This document shows positions 25,390-37,430 of a stretch of DNA of 64,000 nt, one piece after another. The notes under the pieces are model-generated. The model saw only the letters and a program-made list of their open reading frames with translations, searched no databases and was not told where the DNA came from. How positions within the stretch are numbered: the stretch's first letter is position 1; the number at the start of each line of letters is the position of its first letter. Made by a program: the position numbers and the translations under genes. Source of the DNA: Octopus sinensis (taxonomy: Eukaryota); assembly GCF_006345805.1 (NCBI RefSeq), contig NC_043008.1, positions 17,608,001 to 17,672,000 of the forward strand, written 5' to 3'.

Positions 25390-26115
25390 TCTGTGTGTGT
25401 GCGTGTGTGCGTGTGTGTGAACACAAGATCTTTTGCTTTTTGAGCCAAAACAGAAATGACCATAACATTTTATTACCAACCAAGTACTGCTCTCATCTTA
25501 TTTATTTTATTTGTTTATCTTTTTCCTAAAATTTGTGGCTTTGCAACTGTGATAGAAATCATTATTTGCCTCAATGAATTAGACTGACTTCAAAGAGTAT
25601 ATATAACGTAGAACGTACGTTATTAAGATATTACTCATCCTCTATGCTCTTCGCTACACATGCTTAAGAGATTTTCTGAAAAACATTTATGAGTTGCATT
25701 CAAAAGAACATGTTTTGATATCCATAAGGATATGTGTTGCCGAATTACTACCAAAGCTTGCTCATTTCACATAGTACAATTTGGGATAAGACAATATCTG
25801 TTGGAATCCAGCGCCACACATTAGTAGAACTAAACAAATACTCTGCATGCGCGTGTGTGTGTGTATGTGTGTGTGTTTCAACTGAAACAACAGTTCGAAG
25901 AATTTTGGTGCACCCCGAATCACATCGAATACAATGCATGGTGCTCCTCCAGTTAATGTTAATAACCTCACTTACTGTGGAGTGCTGGAGATGAATTTAC
26001 AGACCTGATTGCTTGTGTCTAGTTTGAGAATGGCAAATGAATAGACACCGATAAAAATTTCGAATGTGTCGACCTATGTATGAAGTGTGTGAAACTTGAC
26101 GCTCGGGACATAGGC
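23414..26115. repeat. old tandem duplication, two ~1.3-1.4 kb units (23414-24700, 24713-26115)
   Basis: Colinear shared blocks, e.g. GTACTTC..AAGTTACCCAAGT, TTGATATTTAAAACAGAATTG, ATTACCAACCAAGTACTGCT, ATATGTGTTGCCGAATTACTACCAAAGCTTGCTCATTT. Confidence 0.85.
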
Positions 26116-27110
26116 AAGAAAGTGGCGAAAACCTGTTGGAAGATATGTGCTGTGTATGGAGAGAATGCTGCTCTGGGACGTGTGTGTTAGAAGTGGTTTT
26201 CAAGAATTCGTTTGGGAACTCTTTTTCAGTCCTCGCTCTGAACGGCCAACTAAGATTAACTATGGCAAAATGAAGGAGTTAATGGTCATCAACCCCTGCC
26301 ATACGATCTGGATAGTCGCAGATATTCCGCAGATGTCGAAATCGAGTGATGAATCATCTGCATCAACTTGGTTACGTTAGCAAGTTCACTGAACGGAGGG
26401 AACTTCCATTTTCAGTTCGTAGCAGAAACGAGCAGAAAACTATCCTTCTTTGCTGAGAATTGTGACAGGAGAAGAAAATTAGATCGTCCATAATAATTTG
26501 AAGCGCAGACGATAATGAGAATCACGGCGAACCACAACAAACAATCTCCAAAGCAGGAATTCATCCGAAGACGGATACGCTTCCAGTTTGGTGGGAAGGG
26601 TACTGTATTTTATGAGATTCTTTCCATGAGCAACACCGTCAGTTAGGATGTGCATTATGACCAGCTGGACAAGCTAAACGTAGCCTTTCATCTGAAGCGA
26701 CGAATTCTCGCTAATCGTAAAGGCGTTGTCTTGATGAAAGACTAGACCAGACCGTATACTTTGCAGATGTGGCAGGCGTTACAGGGGTGTGACTGGGGAG
26801 TTTTGCTTTACACTCCATAATTGCCTCACCTTTCATCTTCAGATCTATTTTAGCCTCTTGAGAATTTATTGAATAGCCAGGACTTCACCTGTGAAGAGAA
26901 TGTAAAACATCGCCTAGAAGAGTCCCTCGCCATTAAAGACAGGAAATGTTTTTAGCAGGGAATAATGGATCAGCACACGAGATGGCTGAAGATACTAGAT
27001 CGAAATAGTAACTATATCATTGATTGAATACGTGACTTTGCGTTTAACACTTGTGGTATATTTTCGTGTAAAAAAAAACCGTACTTTATTTTTATAAAAT
27101 ATTCAGTAAA
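26100..27110 (+). mobile_element. highly decayed mariner transposase remnant
   Basis: Broken reading with ICAVYGEN, RIVTGEE, HGEP.QTISKAGIHPK, LANRKGVV and RWLKILDRNSNYIID* motifs. Confidence 0.8.
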
Positions 27111-29537
27111 AATTTTCTTAATGTGTAAATTATTTCATCTTGAAAGATATACGATGTTTTTATAATTTATGTTAAACAAATTTGATGATTCTTTGAATTA
27201 AATTAAGAGTAATTTTATTACTGGTATTTACTAATATATGGATAATCCGAAATATTTCTTGTGGAAATAATTTCCCATTTGAACGTAATGTTTTCTGACT
27301 AAATACTCTAAGGAACTGTTCGCTGTTTCTTGGCAATTGTCATTTATAGAGAAAGGTTATGGTTGTTGGCTCCAGTTCGATATATCATCTTGGAAGAATT
27401 AAATGCGATGTCGTCCTTGATCAGATTTTAATTTGAATTTGTAAAGTATTTAGTGAGATTATTTATAGTTTCTGCCAAGTTAGAATTCTCTTAAGGCTAA
27501 CAATAATATTAATGCGAAAAGTACGGCGACATTTTGGCAGAAAATGTAGAGTGCCGTACTAACTGTCTTGAAGTGTTTGACTCATCCTTTTGGTCTCAAG
27601 TCTTGCTGGAATTGATTTTGATTTTAATTCATTTAGGTTAAGCAGATACAAGAAGTATATTAGTTTCGATGCAATCATCTTCACTTCGCAACTCTGTACA
27701 TACTTAAGAGTAAGAACATTATCAATATGTAAAGTTGTAACGCATATATTATTTCTCTAGAAAATTTGAAAATGTTGGGTATTTTTTTTCTATCTCAGCA
27801 TTCTTTTACTCTCGTCATGTAATCTATTGAGGGATCTTTCCTAGCTTATCTATAGAAATATTATACGTCTTGGTTTAGTTCGAAGACCACTGGAATTTCT
27901 CACGATAGTTCCGTGATCGACGATAGCTGGTACTGGATTCTTGTCTCTTCACTGTTCGATTACTTCTACACTTGTTTGAAAAACCTTGTTTCTTTGCATT
28001 TATTCAAAGAAGTTAATCAGTCTTTTTTTTTATTTGATTTTCTTTTTTTTTACCAGACTTTTATAAATGGCAAAAACTATAGAGGAGAGTATTGATTTTG
28101 TATCTATGCATTTATTTCTGTATTATTATGGAATGTTTATATATATGTAGTTAGGTATGCGTGGATGTATGCAAATACGTTCGTGTGCATGTGCAGTTTG
28201 CATTAAATATGGCGTTGTTTAACAGGTTTAATAGGAGTTCTCAATCGAAACGCTTGCATGAATGCTGTCAGTTTATAGTTGAAGCTAAATTCTTATCCTT
28301 AGTTTAAAGTTTCTCTCTTCGAGAAAATATCAAATTCACATAATCTCCTTACTTTCTCATATAAAAATAAATATTGAATTGTAAATAAATAAGAAATCAA
28401 TTGCATTGAATACTAATACCTTTGTGGTTCATAGATATGATTGCTATCTCTTATTCGTGATATCCGTTTTTTTATATATATATATACAATAACCAAAGCA
28501 CACAGTCAATAATGTATGTTCTAAAATATCCAGTTGTATTAAGGCGAGCGTATATGGGAGACGTAACTGATATCATTGCAATGGTGGTGGGGATCAGTCA
28601 ACACAGCTGTCTTTTGAAATGTAAAGGAATATCTCCTCTCGTACCACTGAGGCTGCCTTGAACACGTAAAACACGCTTCACCAAAAACAGGGCTGTGTTA
28701 TAAACTTCTATGTCGGATATAACTTACGATATGTATGAGAAAATATGCGAATCGTAATAGATAAGATCGAAATCAGAAGTCATATTGATTTCACGTAGCC
28801 TTTCATCTTTTTTCTTTTTTTTTTTTTTGTTCAGCTTTTCCAATAGGAGCATTTTATAACAACAGTCCTTAGATAACAAATTAATGCGAGACTCGTTCTT
28901 CCAATATCTCCCTGTTATTTAACAATGATTTTATTGATAAATCATGTTCTTTACAGAATCATGATTATGTTCTGCTGCAAAGTGTGTTGTATGGCCGAAT
29001 AAACGTAGTTGTTACAACATTTATATTCAAAACGGCAATACTAAGAGAATAAATATTCTTTTAAAAATTCCGAAAACCAATTCAACACATATCAAGGGTG
29101 GTTTATACGTACATATTTCTTTGTTGTACGAAGACGAATTAATTTTGATTTCTCAATGGATAGATATCATCGACAATAAGATCTTCATGGTACGTGATAT
29201 TTAGAAACCAAATTCCAAGATAATTATCTCGAGCTGCCAAAGCAACAATTTTGATTCATACTTTCTCAGCCTTTTCAGATTGGTCACCTTTAATTTGTCC
29301 TCCTTCAAATCATTATTAATATACTTTCGCTTACAATAACAAAGCGTCCTTTTATTGTCAAACTAAATTCTATCTCAACCAACAATTGCATTGATAGAAA
29401 GTTGAGAAAATCGATATATCGAGACACCTTTTAAAGTTATATATTTCAAGACGGATTTATATAGAACATAAATATTTTTTTCTTCAAATTATGAAGTGAT
29501 ACTTCATAACCTACACGTTCATCTGATTTTTTTTTAA

Positions 29538-29539
<2 letters not shown>

Positions 29540-29576
<37 letters not shown>

Positions 29577-29650
29577 CATACATACATACATACATTCATA
29601 TATATATATATGTATATACATATATATATATATATATACATATACATACA

Positions 29651-29708
<58 letters not shown>

Positions 29709-29730
29709 TATATATATGTGTGTGTGTGTG
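29540..29730. repeat. (TA)/(TACA) microsatellite
   Basis: Direct inspection. Confidence 0.95.
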
Positions 29731-30148
29731 AATACGTATGTGTACATACTGTCAGTCAAGTGTTTCGATCATTCATATATTTGACAAGAATCCCGATCGT
29801 TGAGCTGATTTTTATTTGTGAATAGGTTATCGATTATTTACTACAGTGAAATAGCGTGTCATTCCAAATTAAATATCACTTTTCCTTCATTGACCAAATA
29901 ATACACAAATAATTAGATGACAGATAGATTTACACGCTAAATTGCTACCTACCGTTTAGTATATACCTCTGACTATCAGTGGATATAATATAGCCGGTAG
30001 TTTAATTAGTTATTATTGCAGCAATATTTTCAAAGCAATGGTTGACGATCGATATATAGTAATGATACATTATTCAACGAAACAATTCAACGAGGTTTCG
30101 ATATTAGGATACAGATAATTCATTTCGTTCACACAGCAGCTCGTTGAG

Positions 30149-30398
30149 GGTACTATTTAAGAAGAGTGGCCCTGGTGCGCGCGCTCGCGTACTCGCGCAT
30201 CCGCGCTAGCTAGTCGTGACAAGGCGATCCTACAACGACTTCTTAGCAAGGTAAATAAGACACAAAATAAATAATTTTTTTACACAAAGTAAATAAAACA
30301 CAAAAACACAAAGTAAGGATCGACTAGTCACGACTAGCTAGCCCGGATGCGCGAGTACGCGAGTGCGCGCACCGGGATCACTCTTCTTAAATAGTACC
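30149..30398. mobile_element. MITE with ~75-85 bp CpG-rich TIRs
   Basis: GGTACTATTTAAGAAGAGTG... / ...CACTCTTCTTAAATAGTACC; identical CTCGTTGAG at 30140-30148 and 30399-30407. Confidence 0.88.
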
Positions 30399-30599
30399 CT
30401 CGTTGAGAACTCAACAATGAATTCTTACCTCACTTTATAAAATTGTGATGTAAAATTACAAAAAAAGAAAGAAAAAAAATTTTTAAATTCTCGTTACATT
30501 AGAAGGCAATTAATTTCCGATGCCTGACTAATGAAATTTTTCACCATTAAGTAAAACCACAGAAAACAATGTAAATATTATTTTTATGTTAGGGAAATG

Positions 30600-30853
30600 T
30601 ACTTGCATAGCGAGAGACTTGATCTGAAATCGTGTGCTGGAACGAAAACAATTGCAGCGTGGAAGGTGTTTATAAGCCATTTAAGAGGCACACAAAAACC
30701 GTGATGCAGCACGGAATTTTGTCAGTGAACAGGTCGCGGTTTCAAAGCGACGAAAATATTTTGACAAATTAAATTTAAACGTTGAAGAGAATCTTACGGT
30801 TTTTGTGTGTTTCTTAAATGGCTTATAAACACCTTCTACGCTGCAATTGTTTT
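30600..30853 (+). mobile_element. Penelope-type terminal fragment, family 3, with a 58-bp inverted duplication (30645-30702 / 30796-30853)
   Basis: Reverse-complement arms flank a hammerhead fold; same geometry as 5814-7328 and 12637-12909. Confidence 0.65.
30718..30768 (+). ncRNA. minimal type-I hammerhead ribozyme fold with a G3-C8 swapped core
   Basis: TTTGTCA-GTGAACA-G-GTCGC(ggtttcaaa)GCGAC-GAAA-ATAT-T-T-TGACAAA: 7-bp stem I, 5-bp stem II, palindromic AAAATATTTT at helix III. Confidence 0.65.
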
Positions 30854-30904
30854 TATGGTCTTCTAGAAAATAAAGCATTGGGTGACTAATTAAATAATAT
30901 CTTA

Positions 30905-31255
30905 TCTTTAGATTGTGGCCATGTTAGGGTACGTCCTTGAAGGATTTTTTCAGTCGAACAAATTGACTTGGACTTATTCATTTAAGCCTGGTACTTATCC
31001 TATCGGATTCTTTTGTCGAACCGATCAGGTTGAAAATACACCAATACTGGTTGTCAAGTGGTAGGGGGAACAAACTGGGTCACAAAGACACACACCCACA
31101 TCGACACACACACAAACGCGCACACATACACACACATATATATAACGGGCTTCTTTCAGTTTCCGTCTCACAAATCTATTCACAAGGTTTTGGTCGACCT
31201 GAGACAGTAGTAAATCCATGTGGTTGGGAAGCAAGCTTTTTACCACACAGCAACA
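30905..31255 (-). mobile_element. diverged SINE family A copy
   Basis: Both halves recognisable, with a deletion in the 5' half. Confidence 0.7.
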
Positions 31256-31850
31256 GAATGGATATAGATATGTGTTCCGGAATCACTAACTTAAAACATG
31301 CTGTTATACGATTGACAAGAATTGCATCATGAACAACACAAGGAGCTACTAAAATCAAATAAAAACTGGTAACTTATTCTGCAGCGCCAAAATACAGAAA
31401 TCATTATATTGCAGCCAAAATAACGAAATAGCTAACAACGTATGTTATTACATGTATTAATTGCTATTTAGCATTTAAAAATATATCTGAGAAAATAGTA
31501 TATTTGTTAATATTGATGTTTGTTGTAAATTAAATTGGCTCCATAAGACCTATTACAAAACATTTATATTCGTTTTATATGTTTGTAAGTAGAGAATAAA
31601 TTACCAAGTGAGTCACTACTTTTTAAACTGATACCGTATGATGTAAGAGGCATTTAGCTGTTATTTCTTGCATGTTGAGGAGAATGACAGCGTTAACGGT
31701 GATCCTCGTTTCTAGGATGCACGTGTGATATGCCGGTTCAATGGGAGCTCCAATTCCGATCTGAATATTGATGATAAATACATATGTATCCACTCTTAGC
31801 AACATATTGAGTTCTAAACAGTGTTTGCAGCATGTAAAATGCATTTTTAT

Positions 31851-32047
31851 GACCTCGTGTGTACCGTTGGCGAATTTTTTTCCTCACTCTTCCCTTCTTT
31901 GGATCTTTCCTTTTCCTATGTTTCTGACGAAGAGCTCTGCTCGAAACGTTAAACTCTCCTTCTTTCCTGAACGTCCAATAATACTATACGTGTTCCACGT
32001 CCTCGCGTTGTTGTGTTTTCTCTTTGTGTTTTCATGTTTGGATTAAC

Positions 32048-32048
<1 letters not shown>
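31851..32048 (+). mobile_element. Penelope-type terminal-repeat fragment, family 1
   Basis: Colinear with 2811-3010; ends GGATTAAC at (TA)/(TG)n. Confidence 0.75.
31920..31954 (+). ncRNA. minimal type-I hammerhead ribozyme, intact canonical core
   Basis: GTTT-CTGACGA-A-GAGC(tct)GCTC-GAAA-CG-T-T-AAAC; palindromic AACGTT in place of helix III. Confidence 0.7.
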
Positions 32049-32113
<65 letters not shown>

Positions 32114-32450
32114 TGTGTGTTCGGATAGATAGATAGATAGATAGATAGGTAGATAGACATAATGATATATATATAAATATATATACATATATATATACTC
32201 ACATGGATAAACACCAAAAAATGCACACGTTCTCTCTCTCTCTCTCTCGCGCATGTGTGTGAGTTTGATTGCTAAGAAGATGATCCTTGAGGTTATCAAG
32301 ACAAGAATAATGTAAATATGACTAAATAAGCAGCAGAATTGCGGATAATAAATGACATCCGGTTGTAGAATAAAATTATATCCGGCACTGGAATATTCAA
32401 GCTTATTTTACATCCTATTTATAAACAGTACTTTGTATATGTAAAACTTT

Positions 32451-32512
32451 GAACGACCAAAGCATTGTGATTGGATTTGGTAGGCGGAAACTGAAAGAAG
32501 CCCATCGTATAT
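32451..32512 (+). mobile_element. SINE family A fragment
   Basis: GACCAAAGC.TTGTGA.TGGATTTGGTAG.CGGAAACTGAAAGAAGCCC. Confidence 0.7.
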
Positions 32513-32777
32513 ACATGTGTGTGTGTGTAAGTGTATGTAAACATATGTGTGTGTTCGCGTGTGACTCTCGGCCCTTGAATCACGATATTGCTACTGCCAA
32601 ATATATACAAACATATGTGTGTATATGTGTATATATATATACACTCACACACACACACAAAATACAAATACCAGGAATGTCACAAGGTGAATGAGATACT
32701 TCTGCGATGTGTGAGATTTCAAGAGGAACAAAAATATTCAAAAGCTGTTGTGCAAAATGTACACACACACACACACG

Positions 32778-32818
<41 letters not shown>

Positions 32819-34035
32819 ACACAAATTCAACAAAATTACCGAAATCTTTCTGACTGTTAAAGCGCTGCCTCCCATGAAAATATCTGAAACACTAATTTTG
32901 CATTTGTGCTCCTCGTTGTTATTTCAGAATTGATATTTCAACTGTCGCCATTACCATATTCACTCAGATGTGTGTGTGTGTGTGTGTGTGTGTATGTTTG
33001 TGTGTGTATCTGTTTGTGTTGTCATTTCTACACGATTAAACAGAATGGGAGCGTGTTTCAAATTTTGAATCCAGGAGGAGTAATATAACCCCCTTCGGGA
33101 ACCTCAAACTAACAGAAAATAATAAGACAACCTGATAATCTATTAACTGCTCATCTTTATCTCTTGTCACAGCAGGATCGCTGTTTAACAAAGACAATAC
33201 AAAATCCGAAAGAACTGAGATTCATGCCACTCCCCACCCCATCGATCACTCTACACTTCTTTGACGAAAGAACATCACTTTTTGGGGCTGTTTACACATA
33301 TTTTCTTTTTCCCTTCTCTATTTTTTTTCTCTTTTTTTTTGTCTTTGGTGTTTTTGTAATCAAAATTTCAGTAGCATGACACCTCTACTGTCTCTTTGAA
33401 CTTGAAACCAAAAATTAAAGCAGCAGGGATCGCAAACTGCTGAAAGGGGCCATCACAACAGGTGTCACTATATATAGTGAAGTCCCTTCCCATTTTCTTC
33501 CTACTGAGAGTTTGTTGTTATTCTATATCAGATAACAAATTCACAAGAGTATCCCTTGTCTTAAATTTCAACGGGTAATTATCATTTTGTCCTTCTCTTT
33601 AAGGGATTTTGTTTTTTTTCTTTGTGAAATTTTGTTTGGAGGCCTTGTAGTTAAAAAGCAAAGAAAACAAAAAACAAGAAAAAGTGCTTGTGGCGTAGGC
33701 AGAAATCCCCAAATATTTGAGAGAAACACGATTTAATCGACTGAAGTATTTGGTTCATATTTTCACTATATCACCTCATGCAGGATGAATGACAAAGTGG
33801 ATCCCAGCGGGATTTGGCAGCAGGGAGGTATCTCTTTCATTTAAAGTGACCCTAAATTCTCCAAAGACAATTAAAAAAAAACAAAAACAAATAAACATAC
33901 CATGAACATATAGCTCTATTGACAAACAAAAATGTAAATGGCTAGAATGATTGATGTTGCTTCGTTTTCGACGATAACTATCCTAGTTGTTTGATCAACG
34001 TGACAAAACACACATTAAATTATAGTAAAAATACA

Positions 34036-34220
34036 AACTGGCAGAAACGTTAGCATGCCGGGCGAAATGGTTAGCTGTATTTCGTCTGCTGTTACGTTCT
34101 GAGTTCAAATTCCGCCGAGGTCGACTTTGCCTTTCATCTATCCGGTTTCGATAAATTAAGTACCAGTTATGCACTGGAATCGATGTAATCGACTTAATCC
34201 ATTTGTCTGTCCTTGTTTGG
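34036..34220 (+). mobile_element. SINE family C (3'-truncated)
   Basis: CTGGCAGAAACGTTAGCATGCCGGGCGAAATG...GAGTTCAAATTCCGCCGAGGTCGAC. Confidence 0.85.
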
Positions 34221-34630
34221 GATCTTTTCAATTCTGAAGCCAGTTTTTTCAAATTTTTCCTACTGAACCAAACAATTTGAAACTTCGTATACTGGTAGAA
34301 TGTGTCAAAAGTAAACTTAATTGTAAACCAGAATGAAAACGGAATTGTAACTTCTAAGTTTAACGTTGTTTAATAATTAGAATTTTAACCAATGATATTC
34401 CGTCATTCGGCTTTATTTTATTTACTCCGTCTCGACCACCAATTTGGTGACGTATTAAACATCTTAAATGTAAACAAGGCGTCTGTTAGTACTTGCTTTC
34501 GTTTGCTATTAACAAGTGGCATCTCAGTGACGAGGCTTCTAACAAGATTTCGTTTCTAAGCTAATGCGTTTCATTTCACTTATTGTATTTATTTGTGCAA
34601 AAGGCAAGAAATTTAATATTAAAAAAGCAA

Positions 34631-34733
34631 AGAGCTGGCAGAAACGTTAGCACGCCGGGCGAAATGCGTAGCCGTATTTCGTCTGCCGTTACGTTCTGAG
34701 TTCAAATTCCGCCGAGGTCGATTTTTCCTTTCA

Positions 34734-34735
<2 letters not shown>
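34631..34735 (+). mobile_element. SINE family C head, truncated at (CA)n
   Basis: GAGCTGGCAGAAACGTTAGCACGCCGGGCG...GAGGTCGA. Confidence 0.85.
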
Positions 34736-34768
<33 letters not shown>

Positions 34769-34846
34769 ACACACGCGCGCATACAGACACACACACACAC
34801 ACGCTCACACACGCATATATATAATTATACATACATTACACGCACG

Positions 34847-34901
<55 letters not shown>

Positions 34902-35016
34902 CATCAGTTTAATTATATAAGGCTCACACATTTTAGATATTTAATACATCCGCACGAATATGTGTGTTTATTTATTTCATAAATATTTACATACATATAT
35001 GAACATACATATATAC

Positions 35017-35083
<67 letters not shown>

Positions 35084-35444
35084 CAGACAGACAGACAGAC
35101 AGACAGAAAAAAAGGAGGACGTTTTATTTCAATGAGTTCAAGCAAGATAAATGTAATATAGTAAGAGAGGGGGAGGCAGACACACTTACAAAGAGAGAGC
35201 AGACTACGTCACAAAACTGCTTTCAACGTCACACTAACAGATCGCAGTAACGTTTTAGATATGAAAACAAGCAATCTCATTGGTTAAAATTCGCAGTTTT
35301 AATCTACGATTAAAGTCATAAACTAGATTTTTCTCAAATAAACTAGTTCCAACTGGCGAATAAACTAGTTCCACTCTATGAGTACACGAAGTTTCAAATT
35401 ATTTAGTTAACTAGAAAGATCTGGGGTCCTGGCCACGATATTGA

Positions 35445-36050
35445 AAAGATCCCTTGTTTGTCCTCTCTGTGCTTAGCCCCTTGTGAGAAGTAAAAAAAAA
35501 ATAGATATTTCGTCTATCTTTACTTTCTGAGTCCAAATTCCGCCGAGGTCGACTTTGCCTTTCATCCTTTCGGGGTCGATAAATTAAGTACCAGTTACGC
35601 ACTTGAGTCGATGTAATCGACTTAATCCCTTTGTCTGTCCTTGTTTGTGCCCTCTATGTTTAGCACCTTGTGGGCAATAAAAAATAGGTATTATTTCGTC
35701 TGCTGCTACGTTCTAAGTTCAAATTCCGCCGAGGTCGACTTTGCCTTTCATTCTTTCGGGATCGATTAGATAAGTACCAGCTACCAACTGGGGTCGATAT
35801 AATCAACTTAATCTATTTGTCTCTCCTTGTTTGTCCTCTCTGTGTGTAACCCCTTTTGGGTAGTAAAGAAATAGGTATTTCGTCTATCGTTACGCTTTGA
35901 GTTCAAATTCCGCCGAGACTGACTTCGCCTTTCATCCTTTCGGGTTCGATAAATTAAGTACCAGTTGCATACTGGAGTCGATCTAATCAACTGGCCCCCT
36001 CCTCTAAAATTTCAACCCTTGTGCCCAGAGTAGAAACGAATATTATCCTT
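35445..36050 (+). mobile_element. head-to-tail array of headless SINE family C units (~185 bp period, three units plus a partial one)
   Basis: Each unit restarts at (G)TATTTCGTCT directly after the AAATAG tail of the previous unit. Confidence 0.88.
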
Positions 36051-36130
36051 TTGGCATATATAAAAATTGATAGGACATTTATGATAGGAAGCGTTTTTAC
36101 GATAATTTCGCTCGTCCAGGGTTCATCCGT

Positions 36131-36470
36131 GGAGGCACATGGCCTAGTGGTTAGAGCAGTAGACTCGCTGTCGAGGGATCGCGGGTTAAATCTCAGACCA
36201 GGTGATGTGTGTGAAACACCTAAGCTCCACGCGGCCCCGGCAGAATGTAATGTCGAACTTCAGCCGAATTTTTCGCCACAAATTTCTCTCACCCTATTTT
36301 CCTGTATCTATGTATCTATGTGCCCTATCACCCTCACTTTACAACCGGTGTTGGTGTATTTAACTCCCCGTAACTTAGTGGTTTGGCCAAAGTTTTTGAT
36401 ATAATAAGTACCAGGCATAAAATATGGTCCTGGGGTCGAATCATATAACAAAAATTGTTCAAGATGGAGT
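36131..36470 (+). mobile_element. diverged SINE: family B head joined to a family A-like 3' half
   Basis: GGAGGCACATGGCCTAGTGGTTAG...AAGCTCCACG, then ACAACCGGTGTTGGTGT..CCCCGTAACTTAG..CCTGGGGTCG. Confidence 0.6.
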
Positions 36471-37264
36471 TAAACTAGTAAAAGATAAAAGATTTGACGG
36501 TTATTCATACCATTATCAATAACAATACCAAATTCAGGCTAATTCCTCTATTTTGTGAGAATCTTAGGGTGTATAAAAACACCTCGAGAGAACCTGTGGG
36601 TAGACGGGGTCTGACTGGGGAGAGTGTAAGTTATCCAGATTGTCACACTGTACCCCTACGACCTTTTACTGTATATTACAATATGGATTACAGTTCCCAG
36701 CTCGGTAGAATTGGAGGACGGATATGTGTTCCCACTTTTGTTATACGAGAGGTTTAAAACGTGTAGCGGCCCTTAAAATAAAGTTGACACTTCAAATAAA
36801 GTCCGCTGCTTTAACCACTTAGCCATGTGCCTCCAAAATAAATATATACAAACTATAAAAATAATAATAAAAATTTATAGAGTGTAGTATCGTTTCTACT
36901 TCGCGGATTTTCACATATCGCAGGATGTTTTGGAACGTAACACTTGCAATAGTCAGTGTATTAGTGTACATACAAGAGATTTCAAAACGTTGGCTTCAAA
37001 TCAATTTAATTCAAAAGGTTTGGGGTGTCAGAGGCATTGGTAAGATACCTTTGCCAAAGACGCTATTCTATACGATAGATCCCGTGGATTGCAAAGCGAA
37101 CTATTTTGAAAATTTTATCATGTTACGTGCATAAACGCTCGTGTGCGCATACACACGCAATCACACAAACACACATACACACAGAAACACACACCTATAA
37201 ACTAAAACAAGTGCACACGTACACGCATATATATGCACAAATACTCACACATTGTGTGTGTGTA

Positions 37265-37344
37265 TAGATAGATATATAGATAGATAGATAGGTAGATAGG
37301 TAGATAGATAGATAGATAGATATATAGATAGATAGGTAGATAGG

Positions 37345-37420
<76 letters not shown>
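37265..37420. repeat. (TAGA)n microsatellite
   Basis: Direct inspection. Confidence 0.95.
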
Positions 37421-37422
<2 letters not shown>

Positions 37423-37430
37423 CATACATA

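Noticed and set aside
35445-36050. Regular repeat array resembling CRISPR or a satellite
   Set aside because: Units are headless SINE bodies with no unique spacers; eukaryotic context.
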